NCBI RefSeq assembly: GCF_963921235.1
Contig: NC_086097.1
Coordinates: 128,218,001 to 128,282,000 of the forward strand
From: Mobula hypostoma
Lineage: Eukaryota
Direction: 5' to 3'
Length of the DNA: 64,000 nt
The notes under the pieces were generated by a model, which was not told where the DNA came from, did not search any database, and saw nothing but the letters and a program-made list of their open reading frames with translations. Both the position numbers and the translations under genes were made by a program. Below, piece by piece: positions 60,649 through 64,000 of this stretch; position 1 is the stretch's first letter, and the number at the start of each line of letters is the position of its first letter.

Positions 60649-61609
60649 GTTTGTACATTTCTGACCCACTGGAATTGTGATATAGTCAATTAAAAGTGAA
60701 ATAATCTGTTTGTAAACAATTGTTGGAAAAATTCCTCGTGTCATGCACAAGGTAGATGTCCTCAACATCTGGCCAAAACTATAGTTTGCTAATATGAAAT
60801 CTGTGGAATGGTTAAATAATGAGTTTTAATGACGTCAACCTCAGTGTATGTAAACTTCTGACGTCAACTGTGTGTATATATACAAAGGTGTATCTATATC
60901 ATGAGGGAATACAATTCTCTGGCTCTCATGTGATTGCCAGAATTTTCGTCCAAGTGTTACAAATGTCTTCAGTGAATACCATTTGTAGCTATTCAACTGC
61001 AAAGGCATTAAAGTGAGTAGAGTGGCTTCCCTTATTTGATATCCTCCAGAGTGGGAGTAGTTAGACATATACCCAGCAAGCAGTATCCACACTAACAGTA
61101 ATAACCACTGCTATATAAAGGACTGAAATCATCATACTTGGTGTATGCGTGGGATAGGGGGTGAGGAGTCAACTTTAAGAGCAATCTTTAGTGCATGAAC
61201 TGGGTCCAGACTGCCATAACCTGATAATAAACTCCCCAGGAGGAAATTTATTAGAGATGAAGAATAGGGGGTCTAAATACCTACCTTCCTGAGAAGTGTT
61301 CTCATGGCAGTGTATCTCACATGAAAACAGACCCACACAAATACTCATTGGCACTCAAACACAAACAGATATGAAGATAAGCCAACGTGCGTGTATATAT
61401 ACACACACACACACACACACATGCAAAAATACATGAAAACAAAAATCTTTTTAGCTGCCGAACACCTGTTTGGCCACAGACATGCTTTTAAACCAGGATA
61501 TACACACCCATGTGCACCACTAAGACATAAATGAAATCAAGATCTCTGTTTTTTCACAAATAGCTATCCAAAGACCACCCCTTCTCTTTCCGCGCTTTTT
61601 CTTTTTCTC

Positions 61610-61620
61610 GCACGCGCGCA

Positions 61621-61672
<52 letters not shown>
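61610..61672. repeat. (CG)n(CA)n microsatellite
   Basis: Directly visible; a shorter (TA)(CA)n run lies at ~61390-61421. Confidence 0.95.
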
Positions 61673-61676
<4 letters not shown>

Positions 61677-63589
61677 CGTTTCTCACACTCTACTGCTAAA
61701 AGATAGAAATTAATTCCAACAGTGTCTGGGACACTATCATAGCTCCTGATAACCTATGTTTTACCTGCTACATAATATCACGTTCTAACCTGGTTATTGA
61801 TTAATTTTTAACATACAACTAGAGTACATTACAAAGGCCCATGAGAAATGATTTATTTCCCACCTGTAGTACTATCCATAACTCATTTGTGACTTCATAA
61901 TTCGTAACTTGTCAAGCCAGTTCACACATGGAACATAAATCACATCCAGTGAAAACCACATTTCGTGCTTCTGTGCAATTATTTTTTGAAGGACTAAAAT
62001 ATATTTTTAAAGAAAATATTCAAATTTCCAATTAACATGTTAACTGTCACCACATTTCTTTTTTAAAATTATACTATAAACACCTACCATATTTTTTAGG
62101 AAAACATTCTAATTGACTCGTGAACAGCAGCATTTTAAAAGTACATGTTCTTAAATTTATCCAGCAACAAGAATTGAGAATGAAGATGATATTATTAAAT
62201 AAAAACAACTATTAACGTGTTTCATTGTTAAATTCATATATTTAAGGGGAGGTATACTTAAGTAATTTACTGAAAACTGAATATAATATTTACATAATGA
62301 ATATAATACTTTGACTAACTGAAAATGTTTAGCCAGACATAACTTCTTCCCAGATATTCTATTTGCAATAATTGAATCCCATGACTGGTTGATAATCTAT
62401 TAATTTTAGAGAACACTAAATAAGATGTTATAAAGATATGAATTTCTGCTGAGCTGGAAAATTACCAACTTCTGGTCGGGATTATTTTAAAGAAGTTAAA
62501 GAATGAACAATTTTCATTTCCATAACAATTTCTTTTACAATCTTAGGCCAACAACTATGGTTTTACTTTTAAAGTATAGTCTTTCTTCCAAAGAGGTTTG
62601 CATTCCACTCAAATTGTACTAATGTGTTACGACTTGTCTATCCATATCAAGCACATTATGTTTTCTTGTGAAAATCTGGAAAGTATTGAACACTGTAATA
62701 TTCCAGAAGAGTGGAGATCTGTTTATTCCATTAATATGCTGAAGTAGCTTGTACCTTCTCGAAGGGAAGTTAATATTTGGCTCAGAAGAGTGATGAATGA
62801 TAGTAGCTTAAGTACACTGTTCTCTGACACAGTGCATTTGAAATAAAGCAATGGACCTTTCGTAAAGTTTTAATTTAAAGATCATGCTGGTTAAATTCTT
62901 CAAAACTCATGACACTAAAAAACATCTTAGATTTTGGCTCTGCTGATGTGTTGAACGTATGTTTATGCTGGATGTTACGAATAGTTCTATTTAGAAAGTA
63001 GCCCAGTGCACTTCCATTGTGCCATTTAGCATTGGAATTACTTCATTAAAATTTCCCCTCAGCTGTGTGTTAAGGGCTTGCTTTGATCAAAGTCTTTTAC
63101 AACCTCAGGACAACTCTAGACTGTTAGAACAATGAAATACAATTGAAATATGATTACTAGAAAATGTGGCAGGGAAATTGCACACATTGCTCTCAATGGC
63201 TGGAAAGGTGTGTTAAATCAGTAGGGTGTGTGTGCCAATCAATTAATTTGGAGTGCCTTCCACTACAAAGTTTCATAACAAATAGAATCCAACACGTAAT
63301 GCAACATTGAACAAATCTTAGGGAATTAAAGTGAAAGGCAATGTCTTGGAGGGAAACTAAGTGCTAGTCTTGCTTAGGGTATTTTCTTGCAGGAATTGAT
63401 AACAAATATTCACTGATAAATAGATTTCTGATTCTAGATGCCCATACCTGAATGGTTAAAAGGAAAAGAATGTGATGTTACAGTTACAGAGAAAGTGCAG
63501 TGCAGGCTGACAAATAAAGTGGCCAGGAAGATAGAGAGAACAAGAATTCACCTTTATCGTAAAAGAGGTGCATTCAAATGTCTTATTAA

Positions 63590-63970
63590 GTTCAAATTCA
63601 AGTGTCAGTTCAGTTTAATGTCATTCAGCTGTACACATCTATGCTGCCAGATGAAACAACACAGTACATAGAACACAAACACGAAATACACATAAAGTAA
63701 GTAAATACATTTAAGAAAAATTGACACTTCATAATGTGATGAGACCTGGGTGGTGGTAGGGAGTTCCGTAGACTTACGGCCTGCGGGGAAGAAGATGTTT
63801 TGCATGCTGACAGTTCTTGTCCTAATGCTTCAGTACCCCCTGTCTGATGGTAGGTGGTCAAAGAGATGGTTAAATGGATGGGAGGGATCGGTGAAATTAC
63901 CAAGACCCTTACATACGGATAAATATCTCTAATGGGTGGAAGAGATCCTTTCAGCAGTCTTTGCAATCAT
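63590..63970 (-). mobile_element. Rex1/Babar 3' relic
   Basis: LPPIRDIY.., ..HLFDHLPSDRGY..IRTRTVSMQNIFFP.AV peptide pieces; (TGAAC)-type tail. Confidence 0.65.
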
Positions 63971-64000
63971 TAGTTGACTTGTGGTCATATGCCCTGCAAT

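Larger units (their letters stand above)
59191..60870 (-). mobile_element. Tc1 IR/DR transposon of the Sleeping Beauty (salmonid-type) subfamily, defective
   Basis: Termini CAGTTGAAGTCAGAAGTTTACATACAC / GTGTATGTAAACTTCTGACGTCAACTG; inner DRs at ~59391-59415 and ~60651-60672; DD34E transposase. Confidence 0.95.

Noticed and set aside
1..64000. CRISPR arrays, rRNA genes or prokaryotic operons
   Set aside because: No regularly spaced repeat-spacer array or rRNA motif; the sequence is eukaryotic and TE-dominated

Overview
AT-rich vertebrate genomic DNA that is intronic or intergenic and dominated by transposable elements. The repeat landscape (several CR1 LINE subfamilies, Rex1/Babar LINEs, HE1/V-SINE-like and DeuSINE-like SINEs, Penelope-like element ends) points to a cartilaginous fish, probably a ray; this is inference, not a database match. 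No host protein-coding gene could be identified with confidence, and all long ORFs are TE-derived: three CR1 ORF2 copies and one Tc1 transposase. Highlights: (1) a nearly full-length IR/DR Tc1 transposon at 59191-60870 that is very close to the teleost Sleeping Beauty subfamily, a horizontal-transfer candidate; (2) short Penelope-derived insertions carrying minimal type I hammerhead ribozyme motifs, namely two identical intact-looking copies (one inside an 83-bp inverted repeat, one a 120-bp insert with a 12-bp TSD), a second hammerhead-bearing family and a series of decayed copies; (3) well-bounded elements with TSDs: a solo LTR, a PIF/Harbinger MITE, two ~80-bp hAT MITEs and RTE fragments; (4) extensive nesting that allows relative dating; (5) a few TE-free islands that may be conserved non-coding DNA or unrecognised exons. 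Family names come from recognised motifs, and similarity estimates are by eye against recalled consensus sequences.
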